A stretch of DNA of 64,000 bases from an archaeon (GCA_043826135.1 JBDRQT010000041.1:5234-69233), one strand, 5' to 3'. Shown: positions 1 through 10,383, numbered from the stretch's first letter. The notes: generated by a model from the sequence alone, not told the origin. Program-made: numbers and translations.

Positions 1-374
1 GATACATCTGAAAGATCTATCTTTTCTGAGATAATGTCATTCTCAAGCCCTTGGGGCGTTGAAAAGATTATTTTGGAAGTTTTCCAATTCTCCATCCTGA
101 TGCCAGGTTTTACCATACCGGTAAACAGCGCCATCTCTTCTTTTTTGATTTCAAAGTGCTTCAGAAATAGTTCAAAGTATTGTGAAATTAGCGGCCTTGT
201 AGGGCCCAAAAAAAGTATCTTAGAATGTGGGAATTTACTCAATCTTTGCGCTGCCAGCAACAAGAAAATATAAGTTTTTCCAAGGCCCGTTGGAATAACC
301 ACAAGAGTGTTTTTTTGAGACGCTGTTGAAAGAATTGTTTCCTGATATATCCTTGGCTGGAAATCTTTGATCAT
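1..374 (-). CDS. hef: Hef/FANCM-like SF2 helicase, N-terminal part (runs off window start)
   Basis: Own translation, not in the ORF track: MIKDFQPRIYQETILSTASQKNTLVVIPTGLGKT...FLGPTRPL...FTG...IIFSTPQGLENDII. Q motif, motif I (PTGLGKT), Ia and Ib match archaeal Hef/ERCC4-type helicases. Confidence 0.88.
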   Translation of the reverse strand, partial: MIKDFQPRIYQETILSTASQKNTLVVIPTGLGKTYIFLLLAAQRLSKFPHSKILFLGPTRPLISQYFELFLKHFEIKKEEMALFTGMVKPGIRMENWKTSKIIFSTPQGLENDIISEKIDLSDV

Positions 375-457
375 GAACCACATAAATGAAAGTTCTTTTA
401 TAGGTTTTGTGCTTGCTAACCAATTATTTTATATAGGACTAGGCAATTCAGACATAT

Positions 458-1258
458 ATGAGTTCATTTTTAGACCCGATTCTCGGATGGATGCTCGTCA
501 TACATCCAGCTCTCGCCATTTTCCTGATATCAGTCATTGTATCCTTAGTTATCACTCTTGCGATAAAGTATATGACAAACCAAAGCCTGATGAAGGACAT
601 GCGTAATGAAATGAAAGATCTCCAAAAGGAAATGAAAAAACTGAAAAACAATCCTAAACGCATGTCGCAGATAAATGACAGATTCATGGAGATAAACATG
701 AAATATATGAGCAGTTCCATGAAACCGACATTGTTTACATTCATCCCAATAATACTTGTCTTTGGCTGGCTCCAGGCACACATTGGGTATTATCCGATCA
801 ATCCAGAGATGCCTTTTGAGTATACTGTTACTTTTGAGGACAGTGCAAGAGGCTTTGCGACACTGAAGCTACCTGATGGACTCAGGATCCTGGAAGGGGA
901 TTCGACAAGAGAGTTACTTCGCAGTGATCTGAGTTGGACACTCGCAGGCAGCGAGGGAGAACATACTATTGTTTTAGAATATATGAATGCAACATATGAG
1001 AAAAAGGTTCTTGTAACCTATGAAAGAACATATGCTCCTGTCGAGCAAAGTTTCAAGAAATCATTCTTGTTTTTCAGCTCAAAAGACAAAAATGGAGTAA
1101 ATAAGATCACTCTCAGCAATAAGCAGGTAATTCCTTTTGAAGATGTTCCAATCATGAAAGATATTCCTTGGATCAGCACCTGGGGATGGTTTGGAACATA
1201 TTTCTTGTTTTCTCTGATTTCGAGTATTGTGTTTAGGAAAGTGTTTGATATTTACTAA
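458..1258 (+). CDS. DUF106/EMC3/TMCO1 family membrane insertase with extra loop domain
   Basis: TM1, coiled coil, MKP-F-FIPIILVFGW, C-terminal WGWFGTYFLFS; canonical position upstream of L34e. Confidence 0.88.
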   Translation: MSSFLDPILGWMLVIHPALAIFLISVIVSLVITLAIKYMTNQSLMKDMRNEMKDLQKEMKKLKNNPKRMSQINDRFMEINMKYMSSSMKPTLFTFIPIILVFGWLQAHIGYYPINPEMPFEYTVTFEDSARGFATLKLPDGLRILEGDSTRELLRSDLSWTLAGSEGEHTIVLEYMNATYEKKVLVTYERTYAPVEQSFKKSFLFFSSKDKNGVNKITLSNKQVIPFEDVPIMKDIPWISTWGWFGTYFLFSLISSIVFRKVFDIY

Positions 1259-1295
1259 CGATACTTTTATAAATCATCTTTTTTTCCAATGCTTT

Positions 1296-1562
1296 ATGCC
1301 AGCACCAAGATTCAGGTCAAGGACATTCAAGAGGATAAGGACAACTTTGCCCTCTGGAACGAGTGTAATCCACTATAGGAAACCAAAACCTGTGCATGCA
1401 AAGTGCGGTAAATGCGGTACTGAACTAAAAGGGATTGCTAGGGAACTTCCAGGAAAGATGAAAAATCTTCCAGTGTCCAAGAAAAGGACTGAAAGGCCAT
1501 ATGGCGGGAATCTTTGTTCTGCTTGCAGCCGTTCTCTAATAAAAGCTGAAGCTAGAAAGTAA
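1296..1562 (+). CDS. rpl34e: 50S ribosomal protein L34e
   Basis: MPAPRFRSRT...CGKCG...RPYGGNLCSAC; start moved to ATG 1296, downstream of TATA-like TTTTATAAAT. Confidence 0.95.
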   Translation: MPAPRFRSRTFKRIRTTLPSGTSVIHYRKPKPVHAKCGKCGTELKGIARELPGKMKNLPVSKKRTERPYGGNLCSACSRSLIKAEARK

Positions 1563-1569
1563 AATCTCC

Positions 1570-1594
1570 TGCGCGATACTGGCAACAGCGCGCA
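1570..1594 (+). promoter_or_regulatory. GC-rich GNRA-tetraloop hairpin upstream of L14e (candidate leader)
   Basis: TGCGCG-ATA-CTG-GCAA-CAG-CGCGCA, immediately 5' of SD-like AGGTGA. Confidence 0.45.
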
Positions 1595-1612
1595 AGCAAA
1601 AGGTGAAAGAAA

Positions 1613-2047
1613 ATGTTTGAAATCGGAAGATTATGTGTAAAAATTGCAGGAAGAGACGCAAGGCTTAAATGCGTCGTTGTGGAAACGCTAGATAAATTCT
1701 ATGTAACTATTGATGGCCAGACAAGAAGAAGAAAATGCAACATAAATCATCTTGAGCCACTCGATAAAGTATTGAAGCTCAGCAAGGGTGCATCCCATGA
1801 TGAAGTTGTAAAGGCTCTGAAAGCTGAAGGAATTGAGATCAAGGAGAAATCTCCTAAAAAAGACAAGCCAGCTATGGAAAAACAGGTCAAAGGCCCACAT
1901 AAAGCAAAGCCAAAGGCAGATAAAAAAGCTACTGCCAGTAAAGTCGCTGAAAAACCAAAAAAAGAAACAAAGCCTGAAAAGAAAGCAGAGACAGTATCAG
2001 TAGAAAAATCTGAAAAAACAAAGAAAAAAGCTGCTAAGAAGGATTAA
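1613..2047 (+). CDS. rpl14e: 50S ribosomal protein L14e with Lys/Ala/Glu/Pro-rich C-terminal tail
   Basis: MFEIGRLCVKIAGRDA..KCVVV...RRRKCNINHLEP. Confidence 0.95.
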   Translation: MFEIGRLCVKIAGRDARLKCVVVETLDKFYVTIDGQTRRRKCNINHLEPLDKVLKLSKGASHDEVVKALKAEGIEIKEKSPKKDKPAMEKQVKGPHKAKPKADKKATASKVAEKPKKETKPEKKAETVSVEKSEKTKKKAAKKD

Positions 2048-2161
2048 ATTTCTTAATTCTATTTTATTATTTTCATATTAGATTGTTTCTTTTAGAAATT
2101 ATATATTTTTAAGAGTAGAAATTATTTTGTCAAATAACATATAACAAATAGAAAAATAAAA

Positions 2162-2974
2162 TTATTTCTTAACAACAAGTGGCTTTAGCTCTTTCCATGC
2201 AAGGTTAAACAACTCACTTAATGCTGAGGCAAAGAAGGGTGTATTTACCCATATCCCTATATCATAGGTCGGATGCACTTCTGTATCATCCATCACCATG
2301 AAAAGTAGCTCTTTTCCGTCAACTATAACAAATCTCGCCTTTGATTTTGTAGTCCTTATTTCAGCGAATTTGGTAATATCTTTGAGAGATTTGTGGTTCG
2401 GATCTGGAATTGGTGCTGCAATTCTAATCTTTACGCCTCTATTATGCAACTCTTCAAACAATGGTCCTAAAGATTCAATTTTTCTTATCAAACCTTGTTC
2501 TGTTGTCATCATTTCGACAGACTTTTCAGCGCCCCTAATAGTCATCTCTAAATGATTATATAGATTATGCCTGCCTCTTAGGCTTCCTGAAAGTTCGCTT
2601 GGCTCAATGAGCTCAACACCCTGTGTATGAAGTGATGATAATTCCTGGAGCACATCTGTGTTCTTTAGGTTTTCTAGCCTTTCAACAGATTCGTCAGCTT
2701 CCTTCCTCATATTCTTTTTGACTCTTTCAACAACTTCTGAAGGAGGGACCGCTATATACTTTATCGGTTTTCCAAGCTTCATTACAACAAATCCTTTCTT
2801 TTCAAGGCTTTCAAGAACATCATAACTTCTGCTTCTTGGAACATTTGCTATGTCTGAGAGTTCTCCAGCTGTAGATACACCTCTTGAGAGAAGGGCCGTC
2901 CATATCTTTACTTCGTATAAATTCAGGTTAAAGTACCTTCTCAATTTGCTGAGAAATTCATCTTTAACAATCAT
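2162..2974 (-). CDS. TrmB-family transcriptional regulator (wHTH plus effector/PLD-like domain)
   Basis: LNLYEVKIWTALL...TAGELSDIANVPRSRSYDVLESLEKKGFV...KY; C-terminal RFVIVDGKE. Confidence 0.9.
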   Translation of the reverse strand: MIVKDEFLSKLRRYFNLNLYEVKIWTALLSRGVSTAGELSDIANVPRSRSYDVLESLEKKGFVVMKLGKPIKYIAVPPSEVVERVKKNMRKEADESVERLENLKNTDVLQELSSLHTQGVELIEPSELSGSLRGRHNLYNHLEMTIRGAEKSVEMMTTEQGLIRKIESLGPLFEELHNRGVKIRIAAPIPDPNHKSLKDITKFAEIRTTKSKARFVIVDGKELLFMVMDDTEVHPTYDIGIWVNTPFFASALSELFNLAWKELKPLVVKK

Positions 2975-3255
2975 TTTTTCACCCCACCATTATTATATGT
3001 ATTTTGGTTATATGGAACTAGTATTAATATGTTACGGTTTTATCCACCCCTCTGTAGTATATACCAATTGTCCCTTTGAATAAAGAAAATTCACAACTCA
3101 TTTTAAGTGTAAAATATGGATACTAATTTCGAAATTTTTTTCAAAATATATGTTTTGGTGGCATATTATTTTTCATTTCGCAAACATCTGAATGAATGTC
3201 TCCACATTACGTGTTTAAAGAAAAATATATATACCCCACTACTGACAATTAGATT

Positions 3256-3885
3256 ATGTTGCTTGAACAAAAAAAGGTGCAGTCTCTTCTGAACACGTAT
3301 AAAATTGCTTATGTTCCAACATTAGTTATAAATAATACACTACCTTCAAAAAAGCTGAAATTCCCAGTTGTCCTTAAAGTGGATTCAAAAGAAGTAATTC
3401 ATAAATCTGATCTTGGCCTCGTTTTTACAAATATCATGAATTTAAATGAAATTGGGCGGAAGATGAAAACCGCCACCACTATACTTAAGATGCATGGCAT
3501 CAAAGATTATTCTTTTCTTATTCAAGAGATGATCCAAGGCACTGAACTAATAATTGGAATGAAACGTGATAAGACTTTCGGCCCCGTAATCATGCTTGGG
3601 CTCGGTGGCGTATTTGTTGAAGTTATGAAAGATATAAGCATGAGAATTGCTCCTGTTTCAAAATTTGAATGCTATAGTATGATAGAAGAGCTCAAAGGCA
3701 AGAAGCTGCTTAGTGGCTATAGAGGAAGCAAACCTGTAAATAAGGAAAAGATTGTAGATATCATGTTAAGGTTATCTGCCTTGTCTTTGAAAGAAACAAA
3801 TATTGAAGAGATTGATTTTAATCCTGTCATGGCAGATGACAAAAATGCTGTTGTTGTTGATGCGAGGGTGATTGATGGTGCTTGA
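3256..3885 (+). CDS. acdB: ADP-forming acetate-CoA ligase, beta (ATP-grasp) subunit
   Basis: FPVVLK...HKSD.G...ELIIGMKRD.TFGPVIMLGLGGVFVE...EIDFNP...VVDAR. Confidence 0.9.
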   Translation: MLLEQKKVQSLLNTYKIAYVPTLVINNTLPSKKLKFPVVLKVDSKEVIHKSDLGLVFTNIMNLNEIGRKMKTATTILKMHGIKDYSFLIQEMIQGTELIIGMKRDKTFGPVIMLGLGGVFVEVMKDISMRIAPVSKFECYSMIEELKGKKLLSGYRGSKPVNKEKIVDIMLRLSALSLKETNIEEIDFNPVMADDKNAVVVDARVIDGA

Positions 3886-5269
3886 AGAATTTTTTTCACC
3901 GAAATCCGTAGCTGTAATAGGAGCTTCGCGAGAAAGCAAATCAGCTGGACAAGGAGTCCTAAAAAGCCTTCTCAAAGGAGGTGTGTTTGATAGCAAAACC
4001 AATATACCTTATAATGGAAAAATATACCCTGTTAATCCAAATGCAGATGAGATTCTTGGTTTAAAATGTTATCACAGCATAAAAGACATAAAAGGTAGTA
4101 TTGATTTGGCTGTGATTGTTGTTCCTGCAAAAATTGTTCCTATTGTTATGAAAGAATGTGCTGAGAAAAAGGTGAAAGGCACGATAATAATCTCTGCTGG
4201 CTTTTCTGAAATCGGAAAAGAAGGCAAAATGCTTGAAGAAAGCGTAGTTAAGATTGCGAAGAACGCAGGAATAAGGATAATCGGACCAAATTGCCTGGGA
4301 ATAATAAATCCAAGCAATAAACTGAATGCAAGCTTTGGGCCATGCATGCCAAAGATTGGGAAAGTTGCATTTTTTTCTCAGTCTGGTGCCTTGATCGACA
4401 GCGTAATTGATTGGAGCCTTGAAGCAAATTATGGATTTAGCACTGTTGTGAGCCTGGGAAACAAGGCTGATGTTAGCATCGGCGAACTTCTTCTTTGGGC
4501 AGCGCAAGATAAGGGAACAAAAGCAATTGCGCTTTATTTGGAAGGCCTGACACATGGCAGAGAATTTATGAAAATTGCACAGAAAGTTGCAAGAAAAAAA
4601 CCAATTGTTGTTCTGAAGTCAGGAAGGATGAAGACAGGTGTGCAGGCTGTGAGTAGCCACACAGGAAGTCTTGCTGGAAGCTACGAAGTGTACAAAGCAG
4701 CTTTCAAGCAATGCGGAATACAGATAGCTGAAAGCGTTGATGACTTATTTGAGATGGCGGATGCACTTGCAAAGCAGCCTCCATGCAAGAATAGCATAGC
4801 AATAATAACAAATGGAGGTGGAGCAGGTGTTCTTTGCGCTGACCACTGCGAAGAAATAGGAATAAATCTGGCCCCGCTTTCTCCTGAAACACTAAAAAAA
4901 CTGGATAGTTCAGGAAAAATGCATTCTGCATATTCCAGAAGAAACCCATTAGACCTAGTTGGCGATGCGCTCCATGAAAGATATACAGTGGCAATTGACG
5001 CGCTGATGCAGCAAAAAGATATTTCTGGATTAATCATCATTCAGACTTTGCAGACAATGACCCAGCCCATACTTGACGCTGAAGCAGTTATAGATGCAAG
5101 AAAAAAATATCCAGACAAACCGATAATAACAAGCTATATGGGCGGAAAATTCTCAAAAAAAGCTGTTGAATTCTTAGAATCCCATGATGTCCCTGATTTC
5201 AATGTACCATTAAAGGCAGCAAAGGCTATGAAAGCGCTGATTGATAGAAATAGTTGGCTTAATAGTTGA
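3875..5269 (+). CDS. acdA: ADP-forming acetate-CoA ligase, alpha subunit
   Basis: PKSVAVIGAS, GPNCLG, SQSGA, SSHTGSLAG (phospho-His), TNGGG, NPLDL. Confidence 0.92.
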   Translation: MVLEEFFSPKSVAVIGASRESKSAGQGVLKSLLKGGVFDSKTNIPYNGKIYPVNPNADEILGLKCYHSIKDIKGSIDLAVIVVPAKIVPIVMKECAEKKVKGTIIISAGFSEIGKEGKMLEESVVKIAKNAGIRIIGPNCLGIINPSNKLNASFGPCMPKIGKVAFFSQSGALIDSVIDWSLEANYGFSTVVSLGNKADVSIGELLLWAAQDKGTKAIALYLEGLTHGREFMKIAQKVARKKPIVVLKSGRMKTGVQAVSSHTGSLAGSYEVYKAAFKQCGIQIAESVDDLFEMADALAKQPPCKNSIAIITNGGGAGVLCADHCEEIGINLAPLSPETLKKLDSSGKMHSAYSRRNPLDLVGDALHERYTVAIDALMQQKDISGLIIIQTLQTMTQPILDAEAVIDARKKYPDKPIITSYMGGKFSKKAVEFLESHDVPDFNVPLKAAKAMKALIDRNSWLNS

Positions 5270-6320
5270 TTTTATACCTCAAGATGGCGCCCATACCACC
5301 AAGCCCATCAAGTTTCTTTCCGCCTTCATGCTCAGAACTGATGATATGGACTTCGCCGTTCATGTTTTCAGTTTGCCTCATCATCCTGTCTATTCCTTCA
5401 AAGGTATCGTCTTGCCTTTTCTTCTGTATAAACCCATCTGTGATAAGAAGTTCTAAGACTGCACCTGCATCCACTGCATGTTTGATATTTTTCAGCCCAT
5501 ATTCTGCCTTTCCTTGTTTTGCTATTTCTTCCAGAAGAGTTTCAACCATGTTGATCTCAGAGGCAAATCTTTCTTGCTTTAGTACTGCTTTCACTTCTTG
5601 CCTCTTCATGACCTCATTGATGCCATTTACTCCGACTGAAGAGCACGTCGCATAAACCACCTTGGATTTCAAATCATCTTTGATAAGTTTCTGGATATAT
5701 TCTTTCCAGAACCCAGGACTTGCAATAATAATGTTTGAAAAGCCATGTCTCTTATCGTATTCTTCAATTGTCTTTTTTATCGATTCAAAAAAATCACTTG
5801 ACTCTGCCTTTACATCTGCCTTTTTCTGGACAGACCCCTTGAGCTCTGATAGAATTTCATATCCATATTTTTTTAGGACAGCAAAATGCGCTTCTTCCCT
5901 GTCATGAACACATAGTAATATTTTCTGATTCGTGTCCTTTGTAGATTCCTCGATCTTTTCAATCTGGTAATTCAGCAATGTTTTTTTTTGAAGCGAAAAT
6001 TCGCTTCCTTCTTCCAATGTTAGTGTATGATGGCTACCTTGAGGGATGTCTTCTGTTCCTTCACTAATTGTTCCAGAAACTCTCAAAACATTGGAATACT
6101 TCGAAAATTCAAGCTTCTCTACATCAATTGCGAGCACAACTGGTTTTTTAATGACCTCTGATTTTCTGTCCTCATCACCGCCAAGCTTTATTTTTCTGTA
6201 TGTGAGAGATTTTAGGACATCAGATTTGTCAATAATATAAGTCAAATACCACAGATCATCTATGTTTTCTACCTTGGCTTTTATGAACATATGCTTATAA
6301 TCTTTTACGAGTAATTTCAT
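5259..6320 (-). CDS. pelA: Pelota/Dom34 ribosome rescue factor
   Basis: ENIDDLWYL...LRVSGTI...G.HHTL...ISSEHEGGKKLDGLGGMGAILRY; start set at ATG 6320. Confidence 0.95.
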   Translation of the reverse strand: MKLLVKDYKHMFIKAKVENIDDLWYLTYIIDKSDVLKSLTYRKIKLGGDEDRKSEVIKKPVVLAIDVEKLEFSKYSNVLRVSGTISEGTEDIPQGSHHTLTLEEGSEFSLQKKTLLNYQIEKIEESTKDTNQKILLCVHDREEAHFAVLKKYGYEILSELKGSVQKKADVKAESSDFFESIKKTIEEYDKRHGFSNIIIASPGFWKEYIQKLIKDDLKSKVVYATCSSVGVNGINEVMKRQEVKAVLKQERFASEINMVETLLEEIAKQGKAEYGLKNIKHAVDAGAVLELLITDGFIQKKRQDDTFEGIDRMMRQTENMNGEVHIISSEHEGGKKLDGLGGMGAILRYKINY

Positions 6321-6374
6321 AGGCAAGAGTAAAATGATAAGATTTATATATGTAATTGCCTGTTTTTCAAGACT

Positions 6375-7568
6375 ATGCAGTCTAAAGGCCAGCTTACCAA
6401 TCCAAATCCACAAAGTATGGTAGCCCTATTAATTTTCATAATCGGCTTGGCATTGGTGTTCTACATAATGTGGCTTCCTCCAGCTGACAGAGCAGATCTT
6501 CTAGAACAAAATAGGACTTATCCAGGAGACGGAACAAAGGATTCAGTAATTGTTCTCATCACAAAAGAGCCTGGAAGGCTGAGTAATATTGCAGAAGACG
6601 AGATAACAAGAGATCTGCCTTCCTTCAATTTGTTCACAAGGACAGATGCGTCAAACCTTGTTGACCTTTCATCAGTTTATATCAAAAAATCTCTTTACGA
6701 AGAGCAGACAAGAAATTTGACTTTTGACATTAGTGATATAGAAAACACTGATAATTTTATTTTATCTTTCTCTGCATCAAAAAGGAACGGTATACTTACA
6801 ATAATCCTGAATGGAGACATCATTTTCAGTAATGAAGTGCAAACCCCGAGTCCAAGTCCAATAAGATTCTCAAAAGATCTTTTAAAGGATGTGAATACAC
6901 TCGTTTTCAAAGTATCGGGTCCTGGAATTGAATTCTGGAAAAGCAATGAGTTCATACTTGAAAATGTAAAGATAACTGCTGATATAACTGACAAAAGCAG
7001 CCAAGAGAACAAACAGACCTTTGTTGTGACTCAGCAAGAAAAAGAGAATCTGCAGTTTTTTGATATGAGATTTATCGCTGACTGCAAAGCAATAAACTCC
7101 GGGCCTCTGGAAATCTACCTGAACAAGAGACTGATCTATTCAAGTGTTCCAGACTGTGGAGAAAAAATACAGGTGCCAAGTGTTGATTCCACAAGGATAA
7201 GGGAAGGTGAGAATGACCTATTGTTCAGGACAGAGAAAGGGAACTATCTTTTGTATTCTATCGAAACAAAGATGAAACTCAGGCAACCTGTATTCCCTAC
7301 ATATTTCTTTAGCCTTGATCAAGAGAAATATGATAAGATAAAAAGCGGAGAAGCTGATCTGAATTTGACGCTGGCATTCCCGAACAGCATTGATAATAAA
7401 AAAGGTGTTGTGCTGATAAATGATTATATACAGGAAATCGAAACATATGAAGCCAACTACAATCGGCTGATAAATTCATTCATCAGGGAAGGAAATAACG
7501 CAATTGAAATCAGGCCAAAAGTTGAGAAGATAGACATCCTTGAACTTAATGTTATCTTTGCAGAGTAA
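6375..7568 (+). CDS. Membrane-anchored surface protein with class III (pilin-like) signal-peptide signature
   Basis: N-terminal SKGQ, then a hydrophobic helix and repeated beta-rich domains (..EGEN.L.F.., ..EGNNAIEI..). Confidence 0.55.
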   Translation: MQSKGQLTNPNPQSMVALLIFIIGLALVFYIMWLPPADRADLLEQNRTYPGDGTKDSVIVLITKEPGRLSNIAEDEITRDLPSFNLFTRTDASNLVDLSSVYIKKSLYEEQTRNLTFDISDIENTDNFILSFSASKRNGILTIILNGDIIFSNEVQTPSPSPIRFSKDLLKDVNTLVFKVSGPGIEFWKSNEFILENVKITADITDKSSQENKQTFVVTQQEKENLQFFDMRFIADCKAINSGPLEIYLNKRLIYSSVPDCGEKIQVPSVDSTRIREGENDLLFRTEKGNYLLYSIETKMKLRQPVFPTYFFSLDQEKYDKIKSGEADLNLTLAFPNSIDNKKGVVLINDYIQEIETYEANYNRLINSFIREGNNAIEIRPKVEKIDILELNVIFAE

Positions 7569-7600
7569 GATTTATATACCGTTCTGATTATAGCAGTCTT

Positions 7601-9442
7601 ATGGGTGCTAAAGAGGTTTTTAATAACGCAAAAGGAAGCGGAGCCATTGCGTTTACACTTGCAATTATTTTATGGATAATAGATTTTTCTGGCACACCAA
7701 TGTCATTTACAGGATTAATTGTTCTTAAAGACAGTAATTTCTATTCAAATCTTCTATTAGGGTTTATTTCAGCCATGTGGCCACTTATAGCCGGCATGGC
7801 GGTTTTTATGCTTTTGACAAATGGCTACAAGGATAAACGCCAAATTGGATATGTTGTCGGTTTTTCAACAATGATTGCTTTTTTCGGCTATGTTGGAGGA
7901 TATAGGACTATATTACACATAATATTTCCGATGCTAATAATTGGTAGTCTCCCTGAATCAGAAATCGCAAAGGATGATAGAATAAAAACACTAATAGGAT
8001 GGTATCTTCTTGACTTTTTAACACCAGGTATTGCCAGTGCGTTTCTCCCAAAAGAATTTGCATTGGTCTTTGGAAATTCTCTTGTCATACCCTATTGGGT
8101 TATTTTTGCTTCCATGCATGCGTATAATCTATCAAATAATGGTTTCTATTATTTAATACTTGGAATCATTGTATTCATGAGTGCACTAAACTTTATGTCC
8201 TCCCTTAACGTATATAATCTATCACAGAATAACATAAATGAAGTTAGGCAGGGTTTTTTCAATGTCGCTGCCAAGTCATGGGAGACTGTAACAAATATGT
8301 TTAACCAGGCTACGAACTCTTTCACACAGCTTTTCAACCAATCTTATTATGATGGGACCCCGGAACAAACCGAAAAGCCGCAAGGTCTTTATCTGAAAGA
8401 GATGGATCGGGGTGATATTGATTTCAGGACAGATTACCCAGTCTATTTATGGGCCAGACTTGAAGCAAATACTCTTGACCAGGAAATTGAAGCCAGCGTC
8501 ATCTGCTATACTGAAGTTGAAGATGACTTTGGAACAAGGATAATAAAAGGCATAGTTGATGAAGACAGCAAGTCGACAGAGATGCGGCTTTCTGTGATAA
8601 ATGGAGTTGAGAGAAGCATCCCTTGTATATTTGAGAACCTTCCTGAAGGGAGTTATGATGTGTACTATAATGCTACATTTACCTTCTCAACAGAAGCCAG
8701 GAAAAAGATATATATGATGAATAGAGACAGGCTTCTAAGCGATCTTGATTTATTGCATAATAAAGGGAAAGACCCTAAGATCGAAGATGTCCTGAGCGAA
8801 CTCTACGACATTACTGATACTGATCCTACATCCATTTACACGACTGGCCCAATCCAGCTCGCAATCGGGACAGATAAAGTTCCTTGGGATATTGGCGAGC
8901 GAAATAACATAAAGCCTTTATTTGGAGTAACAGTTTCCAATATGTGGCATACTGGCGGAAAGATTGCACATATTGATAATCTATATCTTAAGATACCTGA
9001 TTCCTTTTCATTCACTAGCCTGGAAAGAAGCTGCACATTCCCAATAACTGAAACCAGCGAACAAAGCGAATTAGGCTACCGGATATATAAAGTTGCAAAT
9101 ACAAAGGAATTATCTGATGTGAAAGATTATGTGACAATCAATTGCCATATGACAATAGACCAGGCCAGAAGTCTTGATCCCCTGCCTGTCACTACACGAT
9201 CTCTCAAGACCCGTGTTGATTATACTTACTTGATGCAGGAAGAGATAAGCATAGATGTTAATCCCGGCTTCCTTAGTGATGATGCGCAGGAGATCATAGC
9301 AAGATCAAGGTCATGCTGCGAAATAACTACAGGCAGTGAAAAACAATATCAGATAGTTGACACAGAGGGACAGTGCAGTAATAATCAGGGTGATGGCTCT
9401 TCTGCAAAAATTGTGGATAGTGAGTTTTGCCAAAATGGATAA
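7601..9442 (+). CDS. Multi-pass membrane protein with C-terminal Cys-containing extracellular domain (distant paralog of downstream genes)
   Basis: About 7 TM segments, then QGLYL...C..C...GPIQLAI...V.N..GG..C..C..RVDYTY. Confidence 0.6.
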   Translation: MGAKEVFNNAKGSGAIAFTLAIILWIIDFSGTPMSFTGLIVLKDSNFYSNLLLGFISAMWPLIAGMAVFMLLTNGYKDKRQIGYVVGFSTMIAFFGYVGGYRTILHIIFPMLIIGSLPESEIAKDDRIKTLIGWYLLDFLTPGIASAFLPKEFALVFGNSLVIPYWVIFASMHAYNLSNNGFYYLILGIIVFMSALNFMSSLNVYNLSQNNINEVRQGFFNVAAKSWETVTNMFNQATNSFTQLFNQSYYDGTPEQTEKPQGLYLKEMDRGDIDFRTDYPVYLWARLEANTLDQEIEASVICYTEVEDDFGTRIIKGIVDEDSKSTEMRLSVINGVERSIPCIFENLPEGSYDVYYNATFTFSTEARKKIYMMNRDRLLSDLDLLHNKGKDPKIEDVLSELYDITDTDPTSIYTTGPIQLAIGTDKVPWDIGERNNIKPLFGVTVSNMWHTGGKIAHIDNLYLKIPDSFSFTSLERSCTFPITETSEQSELGYRIYKVANTKELSDVKDYVTINCHMTIDQARSLDPLPVTTRSLKTRVDYTYLMQEEISIDVNPGFLSDDAQEIIARSRSCCEITTGSEKQYQIVDTEGQCSNNQGDGSSAKIVDSEFCQNG

Positions 9443-10382
9443 GAGACTTATTTCATTAGTAATTATTTTATTCATTGTCAGTTGCACATCTAATAGTGGA
9501 AATGTCAAACTAGAGAAGGATATCTATAAAGGTACGTCAGGCATTGTACTAAATTTTTTTGACATGCCTAAAGAAGTATTTGAAAATGAGGAACTGACAT
9601 ATAGCGTAAAAATTGAGAATAAAGGCCCTTATCCAGTGGCAAACGCAAAGCTGCTTGTAAGCCTTGAGAAAGGCTATGCAGAATTCAAAGATAATGGTCT
9701 GCATTATTATCTGAAAAACGACATAAATATGGATGGGAAAACTATCTATAATTTATTTGATGATTTTAAGCTCGTTAATCTACCAATAAAGATTTTGACG
9801 CTTGATGCACAAAGCGAAACTCATGATTCAGTAATTCTTACAACTCTCTGTTATGATTATGAAGGCCAGCTATATACCGATATTTGCATCGACACAGATC
9901 CACATGGACTAACTCCGGGAAACAAGGCATGCGCCCAGCAGACTTCCATTAGCTTGTCAGAAGGCCAGGGCGGACCGGTTGTGATAAGCAAAATCGATAC
10001 AAAGATGCTAATGGATGATGATGTGATTAGACCTCAATTCAAGATAAATATTGTAAATCAGGGGAAAGGCACTGTAACCAGGCCAGGCGCTGGCGCAGAA
10101 GTTTGTGATAACAATCCACTAAGCAGACAATCATATAACACTATAAGCCTGAGTGATGTTGAGATTTCAGGAAGGAAAATGTCGTCTGGACAGATAGAAT
10201 GCATACCTTCTGATTTGATTTTAAGAAATGAGGAAGATTTTCTGACATGCACTGTAACAAAACAAAGCGGAATACCCAGGACAACTGCATCATATCTGAC
10301 ACCGCTGCAAATCAAAATAAAATACGGATATACCCAGTCAACATCAAAAGAAATAAGTATCAATAAGATATTGAAATACTAA
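9435..10382 (+). CDS. Lipoprotein-like surface protein, paralog 1
   Basis: Start re-assigned to MDKRLISLVIILFIVSC (lipobox-like); GTSGI, ENKG, CYDY, ICID, QGGPV, IKYGY. Confidence 0.7.
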   Translation: MDKRLISLVIILFIVSCTSNSGNVKLEKDIYKGTSGIVLNFFDMPKEVFENEELTYSVKIENKGPYPVANAKLLVSLEKGYAEFKDNGLHYYLKNDINMDGKTIYNLFDDFKLVNLPIKILTLDAQSETHDSVILTTLCYDYEGQLYTDICIDTDPHGLTPGNKACAQQTSISLSEGQGGPVVISKIDTKMLMDDDVIRPQFKINIVNQGKGTVTRPGAGAEVCDNNPLSRQSYNTISLSDVEISGRKMSSGQIECIPSDLILRNEEDFLTCTVTKQSGIPRTTASYLTPLQIKIKYGYTQSTSKEISINKILKY

Positions 10383-10383
10383 A

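Noticed and set aside
235-423. 62-aa minus-strand ORF and 34..273 plus-strand ORF in the track
   Set aside because: Both are shadows; another minus frame encodes a clear Hef helicase N-terminus.
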